From Candidatus Omnitrophota bacterium (GTDB taxonomy: Bacteria > Omnitrophota > Gorgyraeia > Zapsychrales > Fredricksoniimonadaceae), in NCBI GenBank assembly GCA_044225175.1, contig JBGAJA010000002.1:280991-344990 (forward strand): a stretch of DNA of 64,000 bases, in the 5' to 3' direction. The notes below the pieces were generated by a model. It saw only the letters and a program-made list of their open reading frames with translations, was not told where the DNA came from and did not search any database. Both the position numbers and the translations under genes were made by a program. The stretch's first letter is position 1, and each line of letters opens with the position of its first letter. Below, piece after piece: positions 38,822-48,406 of the stretch.

Positions 38822-39283
38822 ATGGATCTCCCACACACACATTCCTTTGGGCCAGAAATCTGGCACAATAAAATCTTTTTAGTGACTCTTTTGGTTTGGA
38901 TATTAGCCCAAACGACTAAGGTGATTATTGGTGTTTTTCAAGAGAGGAAGTTTAACTTCCGCTGGTTTATTGGGACAGGTGGAATGCCTTCTTCTCATGC
39001 GGCTGGGGTAACTGCTTTGGCATGTTCTATGGGAATTGAATATGGTTTTGATGGTCCTCTTTTTGCCATTGCAGCAGCATTTGCCCTTGTCACCATGTTT
39101 GATGCTCAAGGGGTACGACGATCAGCTGGCCAGCAGGCATCTGTTCTTAATAAAATGATGGAAGACATTTATTGGAAGGGTCAGATTGAAGAGAAAAGGC
39201 TTTTGGAACTTGTTGGACACACTCCCATCCAAGTTTTAGCAGGGTTTGTTTTTGGCATTATTTGTACATTATTTTTATATTAA
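38822..39283 (+). CDS. Divergent PAP2 family (DUF212) membrane protein
   Basis: GTGGMPSSHAA, MFDAQGVRRSAGQQA, ELVGHTP. Confidence 0.9.
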   Translation: MDLPHTHSFGPEIWHNKIFLVTLLVWILAQTTKVIIGVFQERKFNFRWFIGTGGMPSSHAAGVTALACSMGIEYGFDGPLFAIAAAFALVTMFDAQGVRRSAGQQASVLNKMMEDIYWKGQIEEKRLLELVGHTPIQVLAGFVFGIICTLFLY

Positions 39284-39294
39284 GGAGAATGATT

Positions 39295-40119
39295 GTGAAT
39301 AAACGTTGGATTGTCATTGGTATCGTAGTTATTTTGCTTGCAACTGTCGGTATTGTGATTGCGAAGGTCAAAAAAAGCGCACCTTCGTCTGAAAAAGCCC
39401 CTATTCCTGTTCAGAAACTTTTAGATGAAGCCTCTCAATATGAATCCCAAGGCGATCAGCTTAAGGCCAAAGAATCCTTGGCTCAAATTGTAGCAGACCA
39501 CCCCGACTATGATAAAGTCGAAGACATTCAGAAAAAATTAGGGGATTTAAACATTCAAATCATCGGCTCTAAAATTCAAACTCCTCAGACGGAAATGTAC
39601 CAAGTCCAGCCAGGAGATTCTTTGGGAAAACTTTCAAAAATGTTTGGAACAACCAAGGAACTCATCAAAAAAAGTAACAATAAAAAAAGTGATGTGATCA
39701 GAGTCGGAGAAAACTTAAGAATTTGGAAAGCTCCTTTCTCCGTTAGCGTCAGCAAATCACAAAAGACATTGACCTTAAGAAGTAATGATGAAGTGATTAA
39801 GATTTATAGAATCGCCACAGGACGGGATACTTCAGATAATGCTACTCCTGTTGGTACATTTAAGATTTCTTCCAAAATCGCTAATCCCGTATGGTTTAAA
39901 GCTGGAGGTAAGCCCATCCCCCCAGAAAGCCCTGAAAATGAGCTTGGTTCAAGATGGATGGGGTTTGATACCGATCCTCATTATGGGATTCATGGGACCA
40001 TTCATCCAGAAGCCATTGGTGAGAATGCCACGGCCGGATGTGTGCGGATGATTAACAGTGATGTCGAGGAATTATTTGATCTGCTGCCCGTTGGAACAAA
40101 AGTGACTATTCAGGAATAA
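39295..40119 (+). CDS. LysM-containing L,D-transpeptidase (YkuD/ErfK family)
   Basis: N-terminal TM anchor, LysM YQVQPGDSLGKLS, TPVGTF, YGIHGT...TAGCVRM. GTG at 39295 follows AAGGAG (ATG at 39289 is an alternative). Confidence 0.9.
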   Translation: MNKRWIVIGIVVILLATVGIVIAKVKKSAPSSEKAPIPVQKLLDEASQYESQGDQLKAKESLAQIVADHPDYDKVEDIQKKLGDLNIQIIGSKIQTPQTEMYQVQPGDSLGKLSKMFGTTKELIKKSNNKKSDVIRVGENLRIWKAPFSVSVSKSQKTLTLRSNDEVIKIYRIATGRDTSDNATPVGTFKISSKIANPVWFKAGGKPIPPESPENELGSRWMGFDTDPHYGIHGTIHPEAIGENATAGCVRMINSDVEELFDLLPVGTKVTIQE

Positions 40120-40121
40120 TT

Positions 40122-41075
40122 ATGAGCAAACTCGAATTCGAAAAACCGATCGTTGAACTTGAAAATAAGATTGAAGATCTTCGTAAAATGGGATCCAAAA
40201 AAGTGACTTTGGAACCAGAGATCAAGCGTCTGGAAGCCAAGCTTGATAAGTTAAAGCATGATATTTATGACAATCTTTCTGCCTGGCAGAGAGTCCAGAT
40301 TGCCCGCCACCCGCAGCGTCCATACACCCTAGATTACATCAAAATGATGACCGATGAATTTTTGGAATTGCATGGAGATCGTTTGTTTGCGGATGATCTC
40401 TCTATCGTCGGAGGGTTCGCGAAGATTGATGGCCAGAAGGTCATGATTTTTGGACACCAAAAGGGGCGGGACACCAAAGAAAATTTGCATCGTAATTTTG
40501 GCTGTGCTCATCCGGAAGGGTACCGTAAGGCCATGCGTTTAATGAAGCTTGCCGCTAAGTTTCAAGTTCCTGTGGTATGTCTGATTGATACTCCAGGGGC
40601 TTACCCAGGAATAGGCGCAGAAGAACGCGGTCAGGCTCAGGCCATTGCTGAGAACCTACGCGATATGTCCACTGTGGAAACTCCTATTATTTCTGTGGTC
40701 ATTGGTGAAGGTGGAAGCGGTGGAGCTCTTGGAATTGGTGTGGCAGATTGCATTCTTATTCTACAACATGCCTATTATTCTGTAATTTCACCAGAAGGAT
40801 GTGCATCTATCCTTTGGCGAAGTTCCTTGAAAGCGCCGGAAGCTGCTAAAGCACTCAAACTTCACGGTGAGGATCTAATGGAATTTGGGATTGTTGATGA
40901 AATCATTCCCGAACCTTTAGGTGGTGCCCATCGCAACCACGAAGAAACTGCCAGCAATTTAAAGCAAAGTCTTTTAAAAAACATTAAAAAACTCTCTGCT
41001 CTTTCCCATGAGGACCTCCTAGAGAAGCGATATGAGAAATTTCGCTCCATAGGTGAGGTTATCGAAAAAAAATGA
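40122..41075 (+). CDS. accA: Acetyl-CoA carboxylase carboxyltransferase alpha subunit
   Basis: LEFEKPI, ARHPQRP, ELHGDR, PEGYRKA, DTPGAYPG..AEERGQ, GEGGSGGA. Confidence 0.97.
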   Translation: MSKLEFEKPIVELENKIEDLRKMGSKKVTLEPEIKRLEAKLDKLKHDIYDNLSAWQRVQIARHPQRPYTLDYIKMMTDEFLELHGDRLFADDLSIVGGFAKIDGQKVMIFGHQKGRDTKENLHRNFGCAHPEGYRKAMRLMKLAAKFQVPVVCLIDTPGAYPGIGAEERGQAQAIAENLRDMSTVETPIISVVIGEGGSGGALGIGVADCILILQHAYYSVISPEGCASILWRSSLKAPEAAKALKLHGEDLMEFGIVDEIIPEPLGGAHRNHEETASNLKQSLLKNIKKLSALSHEDLLEKRYEKFRSIGEVIEKK

Positions 41076-42109
41076 AGCGCAATATCTTAGACCTTTCTTT
41101 CGACGAATTATCTCAGTATTTTCAATCGATAGATGAAAAGTCTTTTCGTGCCAAGCAGGTTACGGAGTGGATTTATCATAAAGGGGTGTGGTCTTTGGAT
41201 GACATGCCAAATATTCCAAAACCTCTCCGAGAGAAAATTAAGAAAGATTTCGACCTAAAGCCGACGAAGATCGTTGATAAACAGATTTCTCAGGAAGGGA
41301 CGACCAAGTTCTTGTTTGATTTGGATGACCGAGAGAAAATCGAAAGCGTATTAATCCCAACACCAACACGGACAACAGCCTGCATTTCAACCCAGGCAGG
41401 CTGCAAGTTTGGATGCAAGTTTTGTGCCAGTGGAATTGGAGGATGGTCGAGAAACTTAACGAGCGGCGAGATTGTAGCCCAAGTTCTGCATGTGAGAGAA
41501 GAATCGCTTAAGCATAAGCGGCCATTAACAAACATTGTTTTTATGGGAACAGGCGAGCCTCTAGACAATTTTGAGAATCTAATGAAGGCCATTCGCATCA
41601 TCAATTCAGATCAGGGCATAAATATTGGAGCTAGGCACATAACAGTATCAACGGTAGGATTGGTTCCTAAGATTAAAGAATTGGCTCAAGAAGGTTTGCA
41701 AATTGAGTTAGCAATTTCTTTGCATGGCTACGACAATGAATCTAGAAATGTTCTCATGCCGGTCAATCGCAAATATCCTTTTGATGAGCTGATTGCTGCT
41801 TGCCGTGAATACATTAAGTTGACCAAGCGTCAGATCACATTCGAGTATATTTTAATTAAAGACATTACATGCACAGATCACGCCGTGCAAAGTCTGCGCA
41901 AAGCTTTTCGAGGCTTAATCTGCAAGATGAACTTGATTCCATACAATCCTGTTTCAGAGTTCGATCATAAAACACCGTCTAAAGAAGAGATGTTTGCATT
42001 TAAAAATCGTCTGGAAGAATATGGGATTCACTCAACAATTCGTATGCCTCGTGGACGTGATGTGGGAGCTGCATGCGGACAATTAAGACATCAGCATCAA
42101 AAAGTTTAG
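41072..42109 (+). CDS. rlmN: 23S rRNA/tRNA m2A methyltransferase RlmN
   Basis: CISTQAGCKFGCKFCAS, FMGTGEP, AISLH, NLIPYN, AACGQL. Confidence 0.96.
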   Translation: MKRNILDLSFDELSQYFQSIDEKSFRAKQVTEWIYHKGVWSLDDMPNIPKPLREKIKKDFDLKPTKIVDKQISQEGTTKFLFDLDDREKIESVLIPTPTRTTACISTQAGCKFGCKFCASGIGGWSRNLTSGEIVAQVLHVREESLKHKRPLTNIVFMGTGEPLDNFENLMKAIRIINSDQGINIGARHITVSTVGLVPKIKELAQEGLQIELAISLHGYDNESRNVLMPVNRKYPFDELIAACREYIKLTKRQITFEYILIKDITCTDHAVQSLRKAFRGLICKMNLIPYNPVSEFDHKTPSKEEMFAFKNRLEEYGIHSTIRMPRGRDVGAACGQLRHQHQKV

Positions 42110-42131
42110 AAATTCTTAATAATCAAGGGAG

Positions 42132-42662
42132 ATGGATATGAATAAAAAAGTAAGCGTAATAGAAACTCTGATTGAGACCGCGTTATGGAAAAGCCGCCTC
42201 ATTGTGATCCTGCCTGTCATTTTTGGCATTATTGCAGCGGCCGCTCTTTTTGTGACAGCAAGCATAGAAATCTATCAGGCCGTTAAGTACATGCATCTTT
42301 TCTCAGAGCAGCCAAGCGGAGAGCACACAGCATTAATCATTCACATTATTACAGCCATTGATCAGTATTTGATCGGTATTGTGCTGTTGATCTTTGCTTT
42401 TGGTATTTATGAATTATTTATCTCTAAGATTGATGCAGCCCGTCAAGCTGAGGGAGATAGTATTTTAGACATCGGATCCTTGGATGAACTTAAGAATAAA
42501 ATCCTTAAAGTCGTTGTCATGGTGTTGATTGTCAGTCTTTCTAAATCTTTACTTACTGCAACAGTAGGCTCAGTTTTAGATTTACTGTTCTTGTCATTAG
42601 CCATTTTAGCGTTGTCGGGATGTGTGTTTTTGGTTAGGAATATCGAAGGGGATAAGAAATAG
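42132..42662 (+). CDS. YqhA (UPF0114) family membrane protein
   Basis: LWKSRLIV, ID.YL....LLIFAFGIYELFISKID, SLDELKNKI. Confidence 0.8.
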   Translation: MDMNKKVSVIETLIETALWKSRLIVILPVIFGIIAAAALFVTASIEIYQAVKYMHLFSEQPSGEHTALIIHIITAIDQYLIGIVLLIFAFGIYELFISKIDAARQAEGDSILDIGSLDELKNKILKVVVMVLIVSLSKSLLTATVGSVLDLLFLSLAILALSGCVFLVRNIEGDKK

Positions 42663-42679
42663 ATTTTTAAGAAACTATT

Positions 42680-43186
42680 TTATTTCGAAGAGAGACTTTC
42701 CATAAGTTTTCTTACCTTAGGGTCTTTCATTAATTCTCGTGCTTTAGGATTGTTTTCTAAGGCTTTAACGTCTCTTGCTGCAGCTGCTTGTGTAATACTA
42801 GGGTCGCTCAATAATTTCATTAATTCAGGATCTTTGGTCATTTCCATGATTTGATTTAAAGCTTGTGGATCATTCATGAGCTTGTTTTGAGTCTCAGTGA
42901 TTCGCTGGTTAAAGTCATCAGATCCTTGAACTGAAGGAGAGCTTGTGAATCCAACTCCAGATTGAGCTTGCACACCCTGACTTGAAATGCTAACAACCTG
43001 AGCCGTATCCACATCCACTTTTCCCATCGTAGAAGTCTGAACATTATATTTTCCATTTCCCACACCCACTAATTCACCCTTGATTTGAGAACCATCTTTG
43101 AGAGTAATAATTTGTTGTTCGCTGTGGGCGATGTTTGGGATCAGAAAAGTGACTAATAGGAATGTGAAAAGAAGAGAATTTTTCAT
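42680..43186 (-). CDS. Secreted hypothetical protein with C-terminal STI1-like (DP-repeat) helices
   Basis: Likely start ATG 43186 after GAGGT; signal peptide ..IAHS-E; ITLKDGS.IKG; repeated NDP/KDP/SDP/NNP/KDP. Confidence 0.75.
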   Translation of the reverse strand: MKNSLLFTFLLVTFLIPNIAHSEQQIITLKDGSQIKGELVGVGNGKYNVQTSTMGKVDVDTAQVVSISSQGVQAQSGVGFTSSPSVQGSDDFNQRITETQNKLMNDPQALNQIMEMTKDPELMKLLSDPSITQAAAARDVKALENNPKARELMKDPKVRKLMESLSSK

Positions 43187-43234
43187 ATTTACCTCAAGTG
43201 TACCATATGGTTTCTTAGAAGGCAAAAATCAAAG

Positions 43235-43318
43235 TGCTGGGAGAGGGAATCGAACCCTCACAGCCGTGAAGCTACTGGTTTTTGAGACCAGCGCGTATAC
43301 CAGTTCCGCCATCCCAGC
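43235..43318 (-). tRNA. tRNA-Leu(CAA)
   Basis: Reverse complement GCTGGGATGGCGGAACTGGTATACGCG-CTGGT-CTCAAAA-ACCAG-long variable arm-GAGGGTTCGATTCCCTC-TCCCAGCA. CCA is not encoded. Confidence 0.93.
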
Positions 43319-43324
43319 AAAATT

Positions 43325-43402
43325 TGGTGGAGTTGAGGGGGGTTGAACCCCTGACCTCCTGCATGCCATGCAGGCGCTCTACCAAAACTGAGCTACAACC
43401 CC
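43325..43402 (-). tRNA. tRNA-Ala(GGC)
   Basis: Reverse complement GGGGTTGTAGCTCAG..GGTAGAGCG-CCTGC-ATGGCAT-GCAGG-AGGTCAGGGGTTCAACCCCCCT-CAACTCCACCA, with the G3:U70 pair. Confidence 0.95.
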
Positions 43403-43414
43403 AAAGAAGACGCC

Positions 43415-43443
43415 AATATAACATTGAGCCTATCTTTTGTCAA
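43415..43443 (-). promoter_or_regulatory. Sigma70 promoter of the tRNA pair
   Basis: Minus strand TTGACA-17 nt-TATATT, followed by GC-rich GGCG (discriminator-like). Confidence 0.7.
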
Positions 43444-43455
43444 TCATTGGGCATA

Positions 43456-43486
43456 TGTAAACCAATAGGCTCTAAGGAAGTTGACA
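43456..43486. promoter_or_regulatory. BirA (bioO-like) operator
   Basis: TGTAAACC-N15-AGTTGACA resembles the TGTAAACC-N14-16-GGTTTACA consensus. It overlaps the -35 box of the promoter driving iscS-birA-bio, and BirA here has an N-terminal HTH. Confidence 0.7.
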
Positions 43487-43509
43487 ATGGGCTTTTGGGT
43501 ATTTATGAT
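43481..43509 (+). promoter_or_regulatory. Sigma70 promoter for the iscS-birA-bio cluster
   Basis: TTGACA-17 nt-TATGAT, ending 8 nt before the ATG at 43518. Confidence 0.7.
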
Positions 43510-43517
43510 AAGGCCCT

Positions 43518-44657
43518 ATGAAAGACATTTATCTCGATTATGCGGCCACCACACCGACTGATCCTGTTGTCCTGGAAGCTATGAAACCCTTTTTCTTTGA
43601 GCGTTTCGGCAATGCTTCCAGCCCGCACAGCTTTGGCCGCAGAGCCCATAGTGCAATAGAAGATTCCCGCAAAATTCTAGCTGATTTTATTGGAGCCAAG
43701 CCTTCTGAAATTGTCTTTACCTCAGGTGCAACGGAATCTAACAATCAAGCTATTCTAACTTTAGCTTTAGGGCTATTCACTAAAGGTCGTCATGTCATTG
43801 TTGGATCGATTGAACACTCAAGTGTCTATGAACCTGCCAAACGCCTTTCTAAGCTGGGATTTGAAGTCAGTTTTGTTGATCCAGACCCTTATGGAATCAT
43901 GGATCCCAAAGCTTTTAAGAATTTAATGCGAGAAGATACTATCTTGGTTATTTTACATCATGCCAACAATGAAATAGGAGTGATTGAACCTGTGGAGGAG
44001 ATTGGCGCTATTACTCGGGAGAGAGGAATTTGCTTTTTGGTTGATGCCACCCAAACGGTTGGCCATATCCCGGTCGATGTTCAGAAAATTTCCTGTGACT
44101 TGTTATCTTTGTCAGCCCATAAATTCTATGGTCCAAGTGGTATTGGAGCTTTGTATGTTAGAGAAGGGCTTACAATCGAACCAAGGCTTTATGGCGGTGA
44201 CCAGGAAAGTTCCCGACGGGCAGGCACACATAATCTGCCTGGGATTGTAGGTTTAGGTAAGGCAATCGAATTGTGCGCTCATCACATGGACCAAGAAGCA
44301 AAAAATCAAATCGCCCTGCGTGATCACATTATTCAATATGTCTTAGAAAATATTAAAGATGCCAGACTCAATGGCCATAGGTCTCAAAGACTTCCCAACA
44401 ATGCTCATTTTTGTTTTGAGGGAATCAATGGGGAAGAACTCGTGGTGGCCCTTGATATGGCAGGTATTGGGGTTTCCCAAGGCTCTGCATGCACCCGTGG
44501 AATATTAGAAGCATCTCATGTTCTTAAAGCGATCGGACTTTCCTCTGAATTAGCTTTAGGAAGCTTGCGTGTCAGTTTAGGCCGCTGGACCAAACAAGAA
44601 GACGTAGATTATTTTCTGCAGCAACTGAGTTTAATCGTAGGAAAGATGCGCAGATAA
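43518..44657 (+). CDS. iscS: Cysteine desulfurase (IscS/NifS family)
   Basis: YLDYAATTP, GNASSPH, FTSGATESNN, ANNEIG, SAHKFYGP, SQGSAC. Confidence 0.93.
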   Translation: MKDIYLDYAATTPTDPVVLEAMKPFFFERFGNASSPHSFGRRAHSAIEDSRKILADFIGAKPSEIVFTSGATESNNQAILTLALGLFTKGRHVIVGSIEHSSVYEPAKRLSKLGFEVSFVDPDPYGIMDPKAFKNLMREDTILVILHHANNEIGVIEPVEEIGAITRERGICFLVDATQTVGHIPVDVQKISCDLLSLSAHKFYGPSGIGALYVREGLTIEPRLYGGDQESSRRAGTHNLPGIVGLGKAIELCAHHMDQEAKNQIALRDHIIQYVLENIKDARLNGHRSQRLPNNAHFCFEGINGEELVVALDMAGIGVSQGSACTRGILEASHVLKAIGLSSELALGSLRVSLGRWTKQEDVDYFLQQLSLIVGKMRR

Positions 44658-44730
44658 ATATATAAAATACTTTTTGTGAGGGGTGGCCGATGGGGATACC
44701 TGAGGACAGGACCCCCCAGTAGAAAATACT

Positions 44731-45687
44731 ATGCAAGAGCGGATCATTCAATTTTTAAAACAAACAGACGGCTATGTTTCTTGTGAAGAAATCAGCCAGC
44801 AGCTTAATATGTCGCGGGCGGCCATTTGGAAGCATATGCAGGATTTGCGTGGCTTAGGTTATGAAATTGCCGCCGTTCCTCATTTGGGATATCAACTGGT
44901 CTCGAGTCCCGACGCACTCTTGCCCCACGAAATTCAAAGCGGGTTAAAAACTAAACTGATGGGCCAAAACGTATTTTCCTTTGATACCCTTCCCTCTACC
45001 ATGGATGAAGCATTTCGACTGGGAATGTTAGGAGCTGCAGAGGGTACGGTTATTTGTGCGGAAGCACAAACCAAGGGTCGTGGACGTCTTGGCCGTACAT
45101 GGGCTTCTCCTAAGGGAAAAGGCATTTACTGTTCCATCATTCTTCGTCCTAAGTTATCCCCATCTCAGATGTCGCAGCTTACGTTGATGACAGCGGTTGC
45201 CGTTTGTGAAGCTATCAAGAAAGTCACAAATCTTGAGCCAACGATCAAATGGCCTAACGATCTCATTTTAGGTTCTAAGAAAATCGCCGGCATTCTAACC
45301 GAGTTGCGGGCCGAGATTGATGCGCTCACATTTGTCGTCGTGGGACTAGGCCTTAATGTGAATTCAAGTGCCAGCCAATTGATTGAGAGCGCCACATCAC
45401 TCAAACTTGAAGGTCAAAGCAATGTGAATCGTGTTGAACTCTTACAAGAAATCCTCCTTTCGATTGAGAAATGGTGCGGCAAGATTTTAAAAGGTCAATT
45501 TGATGAAGTTTTAGATTATTGCCGCAAGAATTCTGCGACATTAAAGAAACGTGTTCGCATTGCGGATGCCACAGGTGTTCAAGAGGGCAAAGCCATTGAT
45601 ATAGATAAGGACGGGGGCTTAATGATCCGTCTGAATAATGGCAAGGTTATTAAGAAAATTGCAGGGGACGCTCAAATTTTAAAATGA
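44731..45687 (+). CDS. birA: Bifunctional biotin operon repressor/biotin-protein ligase
   Basis: N-terminal HTH (SRAAIWKHM), QTKGRGRLGRTW, KWPND, KKIAGILTE. Confidence 0.95.
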   Translation: MQERIIQFLKQTDGYVSCEEISQQLNMSRAAIWKHMQDLRGLGYEIAAVPHLGYQLVSSPDALLPHEIQSGLKTKLMGQNVFSFDTLPSTMDEAFRLGMLGAAEGTVICAEAQTKGRGRLGRTWASPKGKGIYCSIILRPKLSPSQMSQLTLMTAVAVCEAIKKVTNLEPTIKWPNDLILGSKKIAGILTELRAEIDALTFVVVGLGLNVNSSASQLIESATSLKLEGQSNVNRVELLQEILLSIEKWCGKILKGQFDEVLDYCRKNSATLKKRVRIADATGVQEGKAIDIDKDGGLMIRLNNGKVIKKIAGDAQILK

Positions 45688-46838
45688 TTACCAATGCTTT
45701 TTTAAAAAACAATCTCCAAGAACTAGAATCCCAATCCATGCTTCGTCGTTTGCGGCAGGTGCAAAGCACGCAAGCCAGAGAGATTGTGATTGATGGCATA
45801 AGAGTCTTAAATTTTTGTTCCAATAATTATTTGGGCCTTGCAGATGATCCTCGTATTGTTGAGGCTGGCAGGCGCTCCTTAGACACAAGAGGGTTTGGAA
45901 GCGGCGCTTCCCGATTGGTTTGTGGCAATATGGATGAACATGAAGCGTTAGAAAAGAAGATTGCCGATTTAAAGAAAACCCAGCGAGCGCTTCTTTTTAA
46001 TAGCGGTTATGCTGCAAATACAGGAACCATACCAGCCTTGTTTGATCGAGAAGATATCATTTTTTCTGATCGTTTAAACCATGCATCGATTATTGATGGC
46101 ATTCTCTTAAGCAGGGCTGAACTCAAACGATATCAGCACAATGATATGAAATCTTTGGAAGAGCTTCTCAAAGGGTCAGGGGGTTTCAAAAAGAAGCTTA
46201 TAGTTACTGATAGTGTCTTTAGCATGGATGGAGACAGGGCTAATTTAAAAGAAATTGTTCGTCTAGCCAAACGTTATGAAGCCTCTGTTATGGTTGATGA
46301 AGCACATGGCTTTGGAGTCTTAGGGGAGCATGGCGGAGGATTGGTCGAAGAAGAGGGATTAAGCAAAGAGATTGATATTCAAATGGGGACCCTTTCAAAG
46401 GCCGCAGGGTGTTTTGGTGCTTATGTGGCTGGATCAAGCCTTTTGTGTGAGTATCTGATTAATCATAGCCGCAGTTTTATTTATACCACAGCACTTCCCC
46501 CAAGCCTGGCAGCAGCAGCATCGAAAGCTATAGATATTTTAAGTGAAGACAAAGCAAGACGAACAAAGCTCTTAGAGAATGCCGCTTATCTTCGCCAAGG
46601 CCTTAAAGAGTTAGGGTTTGATACACTTAATTCATCGACACCCATTATTCCCATTGTTTTAAAAGATGCTAAAAAAGCATTAGCAGCGTCTAAGTATTTG
46701 ATGGAACAAGGCATCTTTGTCCAAGCCATACGTCCACCAACGGTGCCTATCAATACGGCGCGATTACGTGTAACAGTGATGGCAACGCATACAAAGGAAG
46801 ATTTGGAGCGACTTTTGAAGGGTATGAGGTCTTTGTAA
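45684..46838 (+). CDS. bioF: 8-amino-7-oxononanoate synthase
   Basis: NFCSNNYLGL, GSGASRLV, SDRLNHASIIDG, DSVFSMDGD, DEAH, GTLSKA, IRPPTVP. Confidence 0.93.
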   Translation: MITNAFLKNNLQELESQSMLRRLRQVQSTQAREIVIDGIRVLNFCSNNYLGLADDPRIVEAGRRSLDTRGFGSGASRLVCGNMDEHEALEKKIADLKKTQRALLFNSGYAANTGTIPALFDREDIIFSDRLNHASIIDGILLSRAELKRYQHNDMKSLEELLKGSGGFKKKLIVTDSVFSMDGDRANLKEIVRLAKRYEASVMVDEAHGFGVLGEHGGGLVEEEGLSKEIDIQMGTLSKAAGCFGAYVAGSSLLCEYLINHSRSFIYTTALPPSLAAAASKAIDILSEDKARRTKLLENAAYLRQGLKELGFDTLNSSTPIIPIVLKDAKKALAASKYLMEQGIFVQAIRPPTVPINTARLRVTVMATHTKEDLERLLKGMRSL

Positions 46839-46839
46839 A

Positions 46840-47640
46840 ATGCCAAATTTAACAACTAAATCAGGAATTAATTGGAATTACGAACTCTCTGGCCAGGGAG
46901 AGCCCTTGGTGTTTATTCATGGATTTGGCGGGTCTCTTCGCTGGTGGGGAAGCCAAGTTTCTTCTTTTGAAAAAGACTTTCATGTGCTTCGTTTGGATTT
47001 ACCAGGACATGGACAAAGCTCGTGGAAGCCTTGCACCTTGCTTTCCATGGCGCAAGACATTAAACAAATTCTGGAACACTTAAATATGCTGCGTGTGAAC
47101 GTGGTGGCCAGTTCTTTTGGGGGTTTGATTGCGATTGAATTATTTCGCATCATGCATGAGGATGTGTCTCGAATTAGCTTTGTAGGTTCTTTACCTAAGT
47201 TTGCTAGAAGTAACGAATACCCAGCAGGTCTTGATATTGAACACATTAGAACGATGAGTCATCAGTTTGAAGGGGATTATGGGGCGATCTTAGACATCTT
47301 TTTCCGATCCTTGTTTACTATGGAAGAGCGACAATCGGAAGAGTTTAAAAAGTTGAAAGACTTGCGCCAAAGTGAACCTTTGCCTCAAAAGGAAGCTTTA
47401 AATGCTTTTTTAGAAATTTTAGAAAAAACAGATTTGCGTGATCGCCTCGCTTCGCTTATTTGTCCAACTCAATTCATTACAGGTGCTCATGATTATCTTT
47501 GTCCTAAAGAAGTGATGGAGTGGATCCAGGACCACATGCTAAACGCCCGTTTAGATTTTATCGATGGCAGCGGACACCTGCCTTTTTTAACTAAAGTGAA
47601 ACAATACAATGACTTACTCGAAAACTTCCTTATCAATTAA
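46840..47640 (+). CDS. bioH: Alpha/beta hydrolase, probable pimeloyl-ACP methyl ester esterase
   Basis: FIHGFG, DLPGHG, ASSFGG nucleophile elbow, GHLPF; located between bioF and bioC. Confidence 0.75.
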   Translation: MPNLTTKSGINWNYELSGQGEPLVFIHGFGGSLRWWGSQVSSFEKDFHVLRLDLPGHGQSSWKPCTLLSMAQDIKQILEHLNMLRVNVVASSFGGLIAIELFRIMHEDVSRISFVGSLPKFARSNEYPAGLDIEHIRTMSHQFEGDYGAILDIFFRSLFTMEERQSEEFKKLKDLRQSEPLPQKEALNAFLEILEKTDLRDRLASLICPTQFITGAHDYLCPKEVMEWIQDHMLNARLDFIDGSGHLPFLTKVKQYNDLLENFLIN

Positions 47641-48397
47641 GGACATTCAAAAATCATTTAGCCAGGCTGCCAAACAGTACGATGAACTTTCCCAAGTTCA
47701 TCAAAAATATGCCCTGCGAATGGTAGAAGAGATTTCGGTGTTAAACGCCAATCTATCAAATGTATTGGATGTTGGCTGTGGCACAGGTTATTTGTCTTCT
47801 AAGCTTAAAGCAAGATTTCCTCGGGCCAAAATTACCGGCTTAGATTTTGCCTCCGGCATGATTACTCAGGCCCAAGAAAATTACGCTGGTATTGATTTTA
47901 AGTTGGCCGATGCCTCTCACATGCCTTTCGAAGGCAACAGTTTTGATTTGGTATTGTCTAATTTTGCTTATCAGTGGATGGCTGATCTAACCCAAGCCTT
48001 TGGGGAAGCTCACAGGGTCTTGATGCCTCGCGGACAATTCACCGCGACATTATTTGGATATAGGACATGCGAAGAACTTTTTTTAAGTTTAGAACATGCG
48101 GGCGTTAATATGGCCTCGTTCAATCGTTTTGCCACTATTTCTGAAGTCCAAGAGCATCTTGAGAAGGCGGGATTTGCTTCTTTAGAAGTTCAAGAGGAAG
48201 TCATCAAGATTGGCTTCAAAGACCTGTTTCATCTCTTGAGTTGGTTAAAAGCTATTGGCGCTAATCAATTATCGTCTGGAAAATTCTTAGGCCCCAAGGC
48301 CCTTGAGAAGGCCAGCAACTTTTGTTTCAAAAATTTCGCTAATCAGAACCATATTTTGATTTCTTTCGAAGTGATTAAAATTCATGCGACTAAATAG
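47609..48397 (+). CDS. bioC: Malonyl-ACP O-methyltransferase
   Basis: SFSQAAKQYD..SQVH, VLDVGCGTG, FDLVLSN.AYQW, LKAIGAN; bio cluster context. Confidence 0.88.
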   Translation: MTYSKTSLSIKDIQKSFSQAAKQYDELSQVHQKYALRMVEEISVLNANLSNVLDVGCGTGYLSSKLKARFPRAKITGLDFASGMITQAQENYAGIDFKLADASHMPFEGNSFDLVLSNFAYQWMADLTQAFGEAHRVLMPRGQFTATLFGYRTCEELFLSLEHAGVNMASFNRFATISEVQEHLEKAGFASLEVQEEVIKIGFKDLFHLLSWLKAIGANQLSSGKFLGPKALEKASNFCFKNFANQNHILISFEVIKIHATK

Positions 48398-48406
48398 GAA
48401 TATATG

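Noticed and set aside
43235-43402. tRNAs as an integration site for an island
   Set aside because: No integrase and no duplicated tRNA 3' end was seen in the window.
43098-43521. ORFs 43098-43346 and 43282-43521
   Set aside because: They are antisense translations of tRNA-Leu, tRNA-Ala and the promoter region.
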